This document shows positions 11,977-24,584 of a stretch of 64,000 nt of DNA, piece by piece. Each line of letters begins with the position of its first letter. The stretch's first letter is position 1. Under the pieces are notes generated by a model that was not told the DNA's origin, did no database searches, and was given only the letters and a program-made list of their open reading frames with translations. Both the position numbers and the translations under genes were made by a program. The DNA is from Nemertoderma westbladi (lineage: Eukaryota > Animalia > Xenacoelomorpha), in the NCBI GenBank assembly GCA_032718475.1, contig JAUCBJ010004780.1, forward strand, positions 13,177 to 77,176. Direction: 5' to 3'.

Positions 11977-12180
11977 GAGTCGACGCGATCCCAACCGGTA
12001 CTGAGTACAGTAATTGTTGGAACGTCGAATGGTGCCGTCTGTGTGGAACTCAGTTCCGATGCGGGATTCCAACCCCACGTCGTCACTATGAACGTGGGAG
12101 GGAGCATCTTATGGAATTGGAAGTCGCGGGCGTCTTCGGAAGAACATAACGTCATCCGAGTTGACACACCCCAGCCAGAT
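11977..12180 (+). CDS. Host gene exon D (cupredoxin-like repeat)
   Basis: ttcattag| ... GAT|gttagt, 68 codons; VLSTVIVG...VELSSDAGFQPHVVTMNVGGSILWNW...EEHNVIRV. Confidence 0.86.
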
Positions 12181-13954
12181 GTTAGTCCCTTATAAATACT
12201 TAATATCTTAAAGATTTGAATGTAGTTAGAAACAGTTAACTGGTTGAATAAACTCGGTTGCGTGTGCTAAAGAAGGAGGTACCGGTACTTTAATTTTCTA
12301 AAACGTAATAAGGCCGTGATTTTCTTTTGAAATTTTAGGCCTGTCCATGTTCAAATAGACAAATCCAGGAAATTTTATAAAATGTACAGTATGTAATTTA
12401 GCTGAAACGCTATTTAGCTATCAATGCTTTCAGAATGTTTAATAATGAGCAGAAACAGTATACAACAAATACAGTGCCGGATTAAGCCTCTGGTGGCCCT
12501 AAGGCACATTTTTGTAATTTCCAAAAATGGCCCGAAAATTGATATTTTTCCGCAAACCCTTGCAAAAGAAAAACCTGCTAAAAACAACTGAAATTGTGAA
12601 AATGTTGCGAAGGAAATATAAAGTATTTTCGATGGATGGCTGACTGCGTGCAAATACTGTAACTACTAATTACTTTAATAATAAGTACTTTGCAAAAATA
12701 GTTTTCATCAAGAATTGTAACATTACTAAACGGCATATTTTTCCTATAAAACCTTTGCTATAAAAAGTGTAATGATTTTGGTAGAATTTCTCAAGCTTTA
12801 ATATTTTAATATATTAATGGGACCATTACTGCATTACCCAAAATCTATTTGTTTTATTTATAAAGCTACTATTCTGATACTTTAACACAATGATCTGTGA
12901 TCTTTTATATACTTTGAAAACTGAGCATAGATAGCTTCATAAACCGTTTGTTCGAAAAATATGGCACTTTTTGAGCAGGTCGGTTTTTTCAAAATTAGGT
13001 GCAAAAAAATTGTTACAAAATCGGCTCTAGAAGATCCAAATGGCCATGTTTTACAAAACCAACGAGAAGACGATAGTAGTCCTAAAAGCTGCTGAACATT
13101 TTGGTATATGTTTGATGGAAATTGAGTAAAAAATAAAATAGTAGAAGGGAATTTAGTGATGAAAAAAGTCAAAATCGACAAACTGATAAAAAGGTTGTTT
13201 TATACAGAGAGTCATAAATATCAGCAATATATTATGTTGTTGAAAAGAGCAGTTTTGAGGTCAAAAAATAATTCAATATTGAAAACCGATATCACCTTAT
13301 GAAAGCCCTTCTATCAAAATACAAAAAAATTGTGCAAATTTTTGAAAATTTCATTTCTGTGGTGGTTAGAGTTGGCCCCCTTAAGGCTGACTAGGCTCCT
13401 GTAGGAATTTAGTAATTTTGATCGGATCGTGGGAATGTGTTATTTATGTTCTGTAGGGTAGGTTTTGCAGGGTACTTAAAATATCTTAACAGGACTTGCT
13501 GAGTAAAACACACCAAAAGTGTGGGCTTTGTGCAAAGATGTAATATTTCTGATCTAGATTTGGACTTGCTGAGAAAGAAATGTTGTCCGATAGAAAACAT
13601 TCTCGGAAATAAGTACTTTTAGTCACTAATTTTAATTTACCAAATTCAATTATGCTGCCCAATTATGCTTTTAGGTTTTGCAGGAATTGCACCTAAAAGG
13701 CCATCGAATGCAAAATTCAATACACGAGGGCAGAACATCTGAATTTCGGTTAAATTAAATTACAGTAATGATAAGAAGTTATTTCTTTTTTTTATCAACA
13801 ACTATTTTATCTACAATTAATTTATCCTTTTTTTATCTATTAGGACCTATATGTATTTATAAAACTCGTTTCCGCTAAAAAAAATTAATTTCGCACTACC
13901 ATATCTCCACGCCATACATTTACTATGTACAATAAAAGGTATTAAAAAAAACCA

Positions 13955-14890
13955 AATATTACACATCCATGTTAGACAACCGCACCAGTTTCTTTGATGA
14001 CCCGTTAAGCTATGCCATTCACGTATCTCGAATCAACAATACCCCGGCTTGGAAACATATAAATACAATTATCGATAACAAAAGGAAGTCATATATCGTC
14101 GTGGACATAAAGAATCATAAACGGAAGTTAAGACAATCGACGAAAACAAAGTCTGCAACGTATGTTAACAAACACAACCCAGACCTATATGTGCATAACA
14201 TCTATAAACTGAAACTAAGTTACGTCCCGGAACACCATCGGAAAGCAATGACACGATTTAGATTGTCATCACATAATCTACGTATTGAGACTGGGCGGTG
14301 GAGTAGAATACCTCATGTGCCCATGTAATGGCGTAGACATCCAGGACGAACAACACATGTGCCCATGTAATGGCGTAGACATCCAGGACGAACAACACAT
14401 GTGCCCATGTAATGGCGTAGACATCCAGGACGAACAACACATGTGCCCATGTAATGGCGTAGACATCCAGGACGAACAACACATGTGCCCATGTAATGGC
14501 GTAGACATCCAGGACGAACAACACATGTGCCCATGTAATGGCGTAGACATCCAGGACGAACAATGCATGTTGACTAATTGCGAAAAGACAAAACATATAC
14601 GGGACAGCTGCAGCAATATAGACCTATCACTTCCGGGTATTTACAACAAAGATTGTATTGTAGTAGCATTTAAAATTTTTCAGATTGCCATGGTTAAGAA
14701 CTGATGTCATGCTTAAGGTTAATCTTAACTTGTCCTATTTATATTTATATTAATATTTACATACTTAATTTGAAATTGTTTGATAGGCTGATATTTGTAT
14801 ATGTTTTGGAGTTTGATATGGTGTATTACGTTGTCAGTAATTTCGGTTAATATGGACAATTGTCAATAAACATTAGCCTACTACTACTAA
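13955..14890 (+). mobile_element. 5'-truncated non-LTR retrotransposon (ORF2 C-terminus and 3' UTR)
   Basis: TRFRLSSHNLRIETGRWSRIP followed by C.C...IQDEQH...C zinc-knuckle-like motif typical of LINE ORF2 C-termini; AATAAA then a (CTA)n tail at about 14865-14890. Confidence 0.8.
14314..14563. repeat. 42-bp tandem repeat, 6 near-perfect copies
   Basis: Unit CATGTGCCCATGTAATGGCGTAGACATCCAGGACGAACAACA, encoding HMCPCNGVDIQDEQ. Confidence 0.97.
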
Positions 14891-15578
14891 CAAGGACTTA
14901 GAATACATAGATTGGAATACATAGAATATATACTATGTTCTAGAAGTCCTTGCTACTAACTACAGTATTTCCAGTATATCACCACGTCATTATTTGGTTG
15001 TTCCAGAAAATGTAAGTACATAACTACAAATAATTCCCCACAAATAAATAAAATTAAATTCATCATTGTCCATAATTAGCACTTTAATGTTTTACTGCCC
15101 ATGTTTTATTATTTCCCTGCCATTAGGTCTCGAACTAATAACACAGCACCTATCGGTCGACTGAGCTAGAATTTTGCACTTTCTATCATAAATTTAGGGA
15201 TAGAAAATAGTCGAAAGATGCACTTTCTTGCTCTGTTTCCGGACTTTTCAGATAAAAATATTTTTTTACAAGAATGACTCGCTGAGAAAAAATGGCCCGT
15301 ATTTTCGGCTGGCCCTAAGGCACGTGCCTTACAGTACAGTATATGCCTTAAGGTTAATCCGGCACTGAACAAATACAGTATCAATACAGTATACAGAGAA
15401 TAAAGTATAGTATACACAGAGAATAATATTTTAAAATGGTGACCTATTGTTTATGTGGCTATAAAGACAAAACTTTCTTGAACCGAAAATTATCCGCCGT
15501 GGCTTTGCATGCATGTCGGTGTATTCCTACTTTTTTGTGTTTTCAATTTCACGCAAATATTGTACGCTAACGTTCCAG

Positions 15579-15738
15579 ATGAAGGAGCTAAACATCACCC
15601 AGGGACCGGGAGCATTTAATTCTGGACCCCCAGTAGCCAATAACAGCTTTATGTACACGTTCGCCGAACAGGGCCAATACTATATCGCCTCGCAAGGGGC
15701 GCCTGGTTTCATGAGCGTCGTATACGTTATTGAAAGCG
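15579..15738 (+). CDS. Host gene exon E (end of cupredoxin-like repeats)
   Basis: ttccag| ... G|gtgagt; MKELNITQGPGAFNSGPP...FMYTFAEQGQYYIASQGAPGFMSVVYVIE; phase 0 to 1. Confidence 0.88.
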
Positions 15739-16769
15739 GTGAGTAACCGAGTAGGTACCGGTAGAAAGATATTAATATAATCTGTATTCTTTACTTAAAG
15801 TTGGTCTTACATTATTATTAAAACGTTGGTATAATAAGTTTACAAGTTATCATTACGTTTTTTTATTTTGGTTAACTTAGCACAGTAATTGACTCTCACA
15901 TGGGAACGAGCCTGTGACTTCCACGTTGGAAGTCTGAAGTTCTAACCATTCCGATGGCAGAAGATTAAAAATGTTGATGTTCTATAAATTCCCCATATTG
16001 ATGGGTTGTATAGTATTTCCGTATTTTACGTCCTGCCAGCTAGTGGGGGCGCGGATGGGGGCGGGGGCGGTTGGGACCCTCTATCCAGTCAATATTGAAA
16101 CGTACCGTCGTGGAGAAAATGCACCTAAATATGTCATATAAGCAAAGTGTATTCAAAATTTACTGTTAAGTTTATTATTATCCAAACATATGGAACATTA
16201 ACGGTGGGACACCATGACATTACAACACCTTAAAACATTATTAATATTATTACTATTATTTATAGGGCGCGGTATACATAATGCTCCTAGGCGCGTTATT
16301 ACATAAATGGTATATAAACCCTGTTGAAGGTACATTAAAACGTACTTAAAAATCTATAAATTAAAACCATGTAGGATAGGTCATATATATATACAATGAA
16401 AAAAGTAATCATCACTCATTTATTATTTAGGTAGAAATATGTAACATGCCACTACAACCTTCTCCTCTTCCCTTAATTGATAATTAACAATGTTAATTCT
16501 TTAATGGCCCCTTGACTCCTAACATTAATTACTAATTTTATGCAGCCACTATGCTCAATCATATTGTACTTTGGGTCGGAGTTACTATGCGAATTTGCTA
16601 AAGCCTTACCTTTACTCAATGGGAATTTTGATATACTGTGCAAAATGAAACCACACCTTAATACTGATAATAATGATTTTATTTTTATAATATTTAAAAC
16701 TTTCTGAATATCGCTTATTTTATAGTTTTCATAATAAATTATTCATTGTAAATAATTATTTATTCCCAG

Positions 16770-16921
16770 ACGATAGAGTAGATACGCCAAGAATTAGCTC
16801 AGATAAAGCAGGTGGGATAGTAGAACTGAATCATTGCGTCCGATTAGAATGCGACACAAAAGACGCAATCATATTGTATACAACGGACGGCACAATACCT
16901 GATTACAAGCCGGGGGTTAAG
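16770..16921 (+). CDS. Host gene exon F (CHB_HEX_C/Fn3-associated domain, first half)
   Basis: ttcccag| ... AAG|gttagt; VDTPRIS...GG...VRLECDTKDAIILYTTDGTIP matches the I.YTTDG..P hallmark; phase 1 to 0. Confidence 0.88.
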
Positions 16922-18133
16922 GTTAGTTACTTATTATTCCAAGGGAATTGGAAATATTATTATTTTCTCTTGCACTAACATTAGGTTAATTGTAATTTCA
17001 CAACGTAGATAAAAATTAGCCCATTAGTAAAATGAAGGCAAATGGACCATATGAAGTGAATATATATGAAGTGGTTTGGCTCCATATTATTTCTTCTTGG
17101 AAGATATGAAAAAAATTGGCAGGAGAGTAGTCTGAATTCTGTTACAATCAGAGAGTATCTGATTGCCTTGCTTATTGAACTCTATGAAGCTAGCCATGGA
17201 GCATTCTCAACCTGACTACTGGCGCAAAGCATCCACTGAGAGTGTCGCCTGCTGATACGCCATAGTGGGGACATTTCTGGTACTCCACTCTCCCTTACAG
17301 GAGACGCCCTCTAGATGGCGTTATCTGGCTGCTGTCTCAGACCTTCCTCAGGGCAATGTGAGGGCACTGAGCCCTGTAAGTAGCCCCATAGCAAGCATTC
17401 CTGCCAACCCAATTATGTAATAGGGAAACATGCATATATATGTGAAACTTTTACATCAATCATGTTATGAGTAGCGCAAATAATTTATTGATTTTAATAA
17501 ACTTTACAAATTTGTTTAATAATTTAACTTGAATTAGTTAATGAGAAAAGGATATTAGTAATTTCATTTGCAATAGTATTATTTCAGAAGTTATAATTTT
17601 TATTATAATACTAAAATATTTAATTATCAATTCGTGTAAATTTATATAATTCCAATATAGGCCTACTGTATAAATAGGCCTACGCATAGGGCCTACATCA
17701 AGTAAATTCAATTTGAACTGGTTCATATAGGGCCTAATATACTATTAATAAATGTATATTATAATATACCGGTATTTTATGCTTACAAAAAGACCTAATG
17801 AAACTTCAAAACCGAAAATTATGTTATTAAAAATGCGGCATTTATTCAGAATTTCAGATAATTTGCCAAAATTCTACCTTCTTCATAAAACGAACAACTG
17901 CAGCTGTAAATTCAAAACATCATCCACTACCTTGGTCTCCCCCACTCTGCCGCTAACGGTGCATCACAGATTGTTTTTGTCCAATATACCGTGTAACCAA
18001 TCTTATTAAACTCGTCATTCGACTGCTCTCGGCCTCGACTTTCCCGACCTCTGTCACAACTCAACTCTTATGCCACTTTCTAGTTGGGTCTCCGGCAATC
18101 TGTATAATTATGATCACTGATTGTTAATTTTAG

Positions 18134-18240
18134 ATTTATAAAGCTGATAAAGGATTCAGTCTTCGTCGATCGGGGTTCTGTATAGTTCGAGCGATGGCGT
18201 TCAAAGAAGGAGTTCTAAATTCTAATGAGTTGATATCGAA
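18134..18240 (+). CDS. Host gene exon G (CHB_HEX_C domain, second half)
   Basis: ttttag| ... AA|gtaagt; IYKADKGFSLRRSGFCIVRAMAFKEGVLNSNELIS (VRA.A.K.G...S pattern); phase 0 to 2. Confidence 0.85.
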
Positions 18241-19091
18241 GTAAGTCACAAAACGTCAATGTAAACTGAACATTAATGTAAGAGCCTTCGCGCAGCACCA
18301 AGTCCATATTAGCCTCATCGTAGCAAAAAATTAGTGGACCTAGCCACACCCCTTGGTGGCCGAAAGGGGAACTATATAAGTCTAAATTAGACTAAATTAT
18401 AATCTTGTGATAGACTACATGTCTACGACATAGTCATTTGGTTCCATTTCATCCGAGATTGACGTACTTATTAGAGTCCAAACATTTCCAACAATGACTA
18501 CAGGCGAGGCGGTCCACTATTCTTCTTTCCTTCCCTTGGCCTTTATTTCCCCTTTCGACTCCTAGACCTACTCCCCCAGTTCCCTTTCACTCTTGCTTCC
18601 CTTTCACCTTTTCCAAATAAAATTATACCGCTATGCACTGGCGTGGTTTCGTGGCTCCCACAATTTAAATGTAATATTCGGTAAAACCGACTGAAACATT
18701 GTTGTACTTAAGGATACCGACGGAGATGGTCTATTGATTGATTAATCACACACACAACATAAATTCTCTAGATTTAACCTTCCGCTTCAATCCTTCCTGC
18801 ACTAACAGTATATTATGCTATGTAAAATCATAATCATAAATAAACATCTTATTTATTCAATTTGTAATGAGTTTGAACGGATACTGCGGTGTGTCGGGCT
18901 GATTTATTTATTTATGAACCACCATATTATAAATACTATAAATCATTATGTATGTTCTTTTACCTTCATTGTAAGTATAATTTTAAAAATTTATTTTATA
19001 CATTTACATTTCTTTAGGACAATACCCACGAAGCTAAAAGCTGAAATCATTTTGTGTGAAGGTCGATATTGTTAACTTATTTTATGATTAG

Positions 19092-19446
19092 GAGATTTTT
19101 TATTATGGAAAATAAAGATCCATTGACGAGTAGCGGTGGCGAAGGAATACAATCTAATGACGAATCTACGGGAACAACCGTGGTTGGAGAGAACGGTGAC
19201 GAAACGCGAGACGAAACGAGGGACGAAACTAGCGACAAAACTAAGCCCCAAGACGAAACGAAACTGGTACGGAAACATTCGTCGCCGGCGAGACGGGAAT
19301 CCCAGCCTATCGACGTTGGGTTACTATGGAGACAAAACTGCAAACCAACAAATATACGAGCTTGGATAGCAGGGGATGGCTGTGTTAATGTTGCCTGGCA
19401 ACAGTCCTCAGATAGAGAAGCATGCAAGTTGATTGGAAACTACCAG
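19092..19446 (+). CDS. Host gene exon H (low-complexity linker and start of FN3 domain)
   Basis: gattag| ... CAG|gtatgt; KRFFIME...KPTNIRAWIAGDGCVNVAWQQS...IGNYQ; phase 2 to 0. Confidence 0.84.
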
Positions 19447-20076
19447 GTATGTTACCATATGGTGGGATACGGTGTAATCATAGATCTTGTCTACTAAGTC
19501 TACTTTAGGAATATAATAGTAGCGGGTGAGATGGGTAGCTGGCAGGTGGGTTACCATATGGTAGCTACAAGCTAGTGATCCGTTCCATTCACAACACTAC
19601 CCCTTAATGCATATTAATGCAACTGCCCTTATCGGTTTCCACAAAACTAATGTATATTGTATCTCATTACTCTATGGGATAATTCATTGCGTACTGCAGA
19701 AATCCAAGGAGGATCCCTCCTTACCAACACAGCATGCGATAGAACAATTATTTTATTGAGAAGGAAAGAAACTTCAATATCATTGAACTATCATAGCTGA
19801 TGTTAACCTTCGACTCACGGTAATCTATAATAATTACACTTCCTGTGTCAGGATACTTGTTCTCAGGAAAATAAGAGACAAGCTACGATAATAAGTAAAG
19901 TGGATGATGATTGATAATAATATATGACGGATATTATGATCTAACGTCATATTATGACGTTAGCACTTTAGCAGTATGTTAGCATACAGTCGTTAGTTAG
20001 GCCTGAACTTATAGTCTAGTACCATTCATACACAAAGTAATATGGTGGTACGTACTGTACATATTTTCATTCCAAG

Positions 20077-20229
20077 GTCTACATTGAAGGGATAACTTAC
20101 ACAGACCCACTTCCACCATCCATTACATCGGTTCAACTGTCTGGCTTCGAAGGGGGCAAGTCTTACAACGTGCAGGTGGCGGCGTTACATCACGAAAACT
20201 TTCTACCTCCAGTATTCTCAGATAATGTG
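20077..20229 (+). CDS. Host gene exon I (FN3 domain)
   Basis: ttccaag| ... GTG|gtaagt; VYIEG...ITSVQLSGFEGGKSYNVQVAAL...PPVFSDNV shows the FN3 tyrosine-corner pattern; 51 codons. Confidence 0.88.
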
Positions 20230-21173
20230 GTAAGTTGAGCTCTTTAAATATGATTATTTGAAGATATTTTATTATCTAATGGGAATGATATACAGTTATA
20301 ATAATTACCAAAATCTAACAGACTAACAATAAATGACCACTTAATTAACCTATAAATTACAATAAACATTTCGTTTATATTATAAATAAATTACGTGTAA
20401 CAATATTAATGTAGTACCATACCCTACATTACCCAAGCACATTTACTATTTAATGTTATAATATTAACCAAACAACATCTACAACAAACAAATTAGCACT
20501 CAATATGTGCATTCAATATGCACTATGTGATTTACATACGTACATAGGGTATACGAAATCTAACAGGCAAGAGTGCAGATAAGCATTGCACCTCAAAAAT
20601 ATATGTCGTATTTAAATAAATGTTTACCATATTAGTGAAGAAGGAATGTACCAAAAATTAAATGAGTTTAACAAACAATAATCTATTCATGCATAGCTAA
20701 TTGAACTAATTGTTTATTAATGCCTGCCTACCTATAAACTAAGTTAATAGCAAACACTTGCAGCAAATAATAAACATATCGTATAGGATATACTAAACGT
20801 TCATCGCATACAATACTTAACTCACACATGCGCGCATGCATACCCACCCATAATACTTAACTCAATTACTATATAATACTGCCAATGTTACTGAGTAAAT
20901 TACAATAATGTAAACAACCACAACCTAAAAATGAATGTAACAAAAAAAACAAGTAACTACACAAAACTAATCTGACAAAATTTACAATAACATCGAATCT
21001 TTTATAAAGTTTTCTGGATTGACGATTTGTATATTCGGACAAACATAATCAATAATCAAATAACTATAAATCGGTTAAACAGACCAATAAAAGGTCGATA
21101 ATATAAATTAATGAAATAATGGATATCATTGAAAGACATACAATGATTGTGTCATAATTAATAAGAAATACTC

Positions 21174-22149
21174 TTAGTGTCTCGGATAGAATTCATCTAG
21201 TGTGCTCGCCGGAATTCTCTTCAACATCTCCTTCGGGAAGATTCGCAAGAGTTGCCAACCGATATCGAGTGAGTCGAAAACCGTGCGATTCTCGTAGGCG
21301 CCCTGGGAGATAAAAGTCTTCTCGAATTTATCGAGAAACTCGAGGTAGAGAAGGTCGTCCGAGGACAGCGCCTCTTCTCCGACAACCGCCTTCATTGCCT
21401 GCACGTCCTTCCCGATCGCGTAGTTAGCGTACAACTGATTGGAGACATCCCCGTGGTCCCGACGGGTCATCCCCTCCCCGATCGCGCTCTTCATCAACCT
21501 AGACAACGAGGGGAGCACGTTGATAGGCGGGAAGATCTGCCGGTTGTGCAGCTGTCTGTCCACGTAGATCTGGCCCTCGGTGATGTACCCGGTGAGATCG
21601 GGGATCGGGTGGGTGATGTCGTCGTTGGGCATCGTGAGGATGGGTATCTGCGTGATGGATCCGCTGCGACCCTCGACCCGACCCGCGCGCTCGTAGATGG
21701 TCGCCAGATCGGTGTACATGTACCCCGGGAACCCACGTCGACCGGGGACCTCCTCTCGCGCCGCCGAGACCTCCCGCAAGGCCTCCGCGTAGGAACTCAT
21801 GTCGGTTAGGATAACCAGGACGTGTTTCTCGCATTGGTACGCGAGGAATTCAGCGGTAGTCAACGCCAAACGCGGCGTGATGATTCTCTCTATGGTGGGA
21901 TCGTTGGCGAGGTTGAGGAAGAGACAGACGTTCTCCATGGAGCCGTGCTCCTCGAAGTCCTGCTTGAAGTACCTCGCGGTCTCCATGTTGGCGCCCATGG
22001 CGGCGAACACGATGGCGAAGTTGTCGTCCTCGTCGCGTTCCATCCCCTGCCGTCGGACCAACCCCGCCTGTCGGCAGATCTGGGCCGCGATCTCGCTGTG
22101 CGGGAGACCCGCCGAGGAGAATATCGGTATCTTCTGCCCGCGAGCGATG
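21174..22149 (-). CDS. ATP6V1B: V-type proton ATPase subunit B, exon 2
   Basis: [76 protein letters not shown]; acceptor ttgcag|C in phase 2. Confidence 0.97.
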
Positions 22150-22652
22150 CTGCAACGGAACGGGTGGGTTAGTTGGCTTACTGGATATATCGTACAACGC
22201 GGATTGTATATATATTTTTTATCATATTTACAATTGTGACATAACTGTAGTCCTGTAAACCGCATAAAACTTGAACTTGTGAGAGAAAAAACCTCATTCA
22301 GCGCAACATTATAGATACGGAATAAATAGTTAGTATTTCAGTTTCTGTCCCATTCAGGAGCAAAATATTGAAACAGATCTGTATGGGTTGTAGTTATTGG
22401 TAGGCCTACCTATGCACGGATTTTGCGAATATATCGTCAATATTGTAATCCCCTACAACACTAGACTTGTTGCAAACAGGAATATGATGCAAAAAACCGA
22501 TCCAGTTAAAATCGACGAATGATGTTTTGTAATATAGGTAAGGGGAAGACTGGGTCCCGGTCTGGGTCCCGGTGGTAGACTAAATAAGCAAGCAAGCAAT
22601 ATCATAGCGGTACGGTATTGACGAGTTATACGACGAGCTAAAAATATCTCAC

Positions 22653-23170
22653 CTGTTCATTGTGTCTATGGCGGATATTCCCGTCTGTATCATTTCCTCC
22701 GGGTAGGTCCGACAATAGGGATTGATTGGCTGTCCCTGTATGTCGAGGTAATCCTCGGCTAAGATCGCGGGCCCCTTATCGATGGGTTTACCGGAGCCGT
22801 TAAACACCCGTCCCAACATATCCTCGGAGACCGGTGCGTGCAGAATGTCCCCAGTAAACTCGCACAACGTATTCTTCGCGTCGATCCCCGATGTTCCCTC
22901 GAACACCTGGACTACTGCTTTGCTTCCCGACACTTCGAGGACCTGTCCGCTGCGACGGGAGCCATCAGCCAACGTTAGCGTTACAATCTCCGCAAACTTT
23001 GGGAATTTAACGTCGTCTAGGATTACCAGAGGTCCGTTAACTCCAGTTACCGTCCGGTACGTCAGTCGTGGTTGCGATTCGTAGTTTCGGTTCGCCGCTC
23101 GTGCATTCTCCCGCTGCATCTGTCGCTCGTTGAAATTCATTAAATCTTTATTCGGACCCATTTTAGCCAT
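22653..23170 (-). CDS. ATP6V1B: V-type proton ATPase subunit B, exon 1
   Basis: [47 protein letters not shown]; donor AG|gtgaga; a 503-bp intron (22150-22652) joins the two exons into 497 aa. Confidence 0.97.
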
Positions 23171-23536
23171 AAAAGTATTGAAGATGAGTTACAGAATATA
23201 AATTTTTGTTGAGTTGTTGGTGGCAGAATGGAATACTGTACAGGAATAAGAAAAACAATCTACAGACATATGAGCAAATTACTATCACACTACTGCACTA
23301 CTGTATGACAGGACAGTACAAAACGGAGAACTACAGTAGGCCTACTTACTGAACTCTAGAACTAGGCTATTTTGTATGCCGGTACGACCTATTCTGCTAT
23401 TGTTATATTCTGCTGTTCTCACGGTGGGGCTGAAGCGGCTGAACCAACTTTTTATAAAAGAAAAATGCCCGGCCAAACTGATTTCTTTTCTAGGGGCACT
23501 TCAACGCCCTGATTCCAAAAATGATATTTTCAAAAT

Positions 23537-24584
23537 CTTTTGCCAGAGTCTCTTTCTTAAAATTACTAAATAAATTAGTAATACTATTTATAATAATGCT
23601 ATATATATTATAAAAAATTCCCAGACCAAATGATAGCATTTTTCGAGACTTTTAATCAACCTGGTTCCGAATCTGTTAATTTTATAATATTTCGTCGGTG
23701 TCTTTTAGAGTAATAATATTCTAAAATAATATTAAATATACCGGTATTAATATTATATAGTAGAACTGCCTAATGCTCAATTCTGCAATTGTAGTGAATA
23801 TCAACTTCTCTTACTCCTATTGCACTGATATTAGTATCATTCGAACCGCAATGGTCGATTTAGTGGGTGTTGAGTGTTGACATCATCAAAACAACGGCAG
23901 AGTTATTACTTCTCGAGATATCGGTCAAAATGTGAGCGCTGAATTACACCTAAATTTAACCTAAATTAACAAATTAACCTAAATTACACTAAGGTAAGCT
24001 AGTTAATGCAATATATCACCATCACCATATCACTAAAAATCAGACTTCGACATAAATAACAGACTTAGGGAATATGCTTATTTGAACCGCAATGGTCGAA
24101 TTAGTAGTTGTAGACTCCATCAAAACAATAGTAGTATAAAAAAAATGATATTTTTAGTGATATGGTGATATATTGCTATTAAATTGCTGAAGTTATGTGC
24201 TCATTTATGTGAGCCAGCGCTCACATTTTGACCGATATCTCGAGAAACAATAACTCGATCATTGTTTTGATGGTGACAACCCACACTAAATCGATCATTG
24301 CCGTTCGAATGATACTAATATCAATGCAATAGCAGTACGGTAAGTTGATAATCATTACAATTGAATATATTAGCCAGTTTGCTAATATAATATTATTTAA
24401 TATTTAATTACTCTAAAAAAACCGACGAAATATTATAAAATTAACAGATTCGAAATCAGGTTGATCGAAATTCTCAATAAATGCTATAATTTGGTCTGGG
24501 CATTTTTTATAATATATATAGCATTATTATAAATAGTATTACTAATATAATTTAGTAATTTTAAGAAAAAGACACCAGCAAAAG
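23537..24584. mobile_element. Foldback-type imperfect inverted repeat (arms about 23537-23941 and 24215-24584)
   Basis: Arms are reverse complements, e.g. gaatctgttaatttttataatatttcgtcggt vs accgacgaaatattataaaattaacagattc; no TSD identified. Confidence 0.8.

Larger units (their letters stand above)
12472..15367. mobile_element. hAT-like non-autonomous DNA transposon (2896 bp) with a nested LINE fragment
   Basis: TIRs CAGTGCCGGATTAA / TTAATCCGGCACTG, subterminal GGCCCTAAGGCAC near both ends, exact 8-bp TSD AACAAATA (12464-12471 and 15368-15375). Confidence 0.88.

Noticed and set aside
21453-22239. Several overlapping ORFs on both strands inside ATP6V1B
   Set aside because: Shadow ORFs caused by GC-rich codon usage of the real gene.
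22150-22265. N-terminal extension of ORF 21174-22265 ([10 protein letters not shown]...)
   Set aside because: Intron sequence upstream of the acceptor at 22149.
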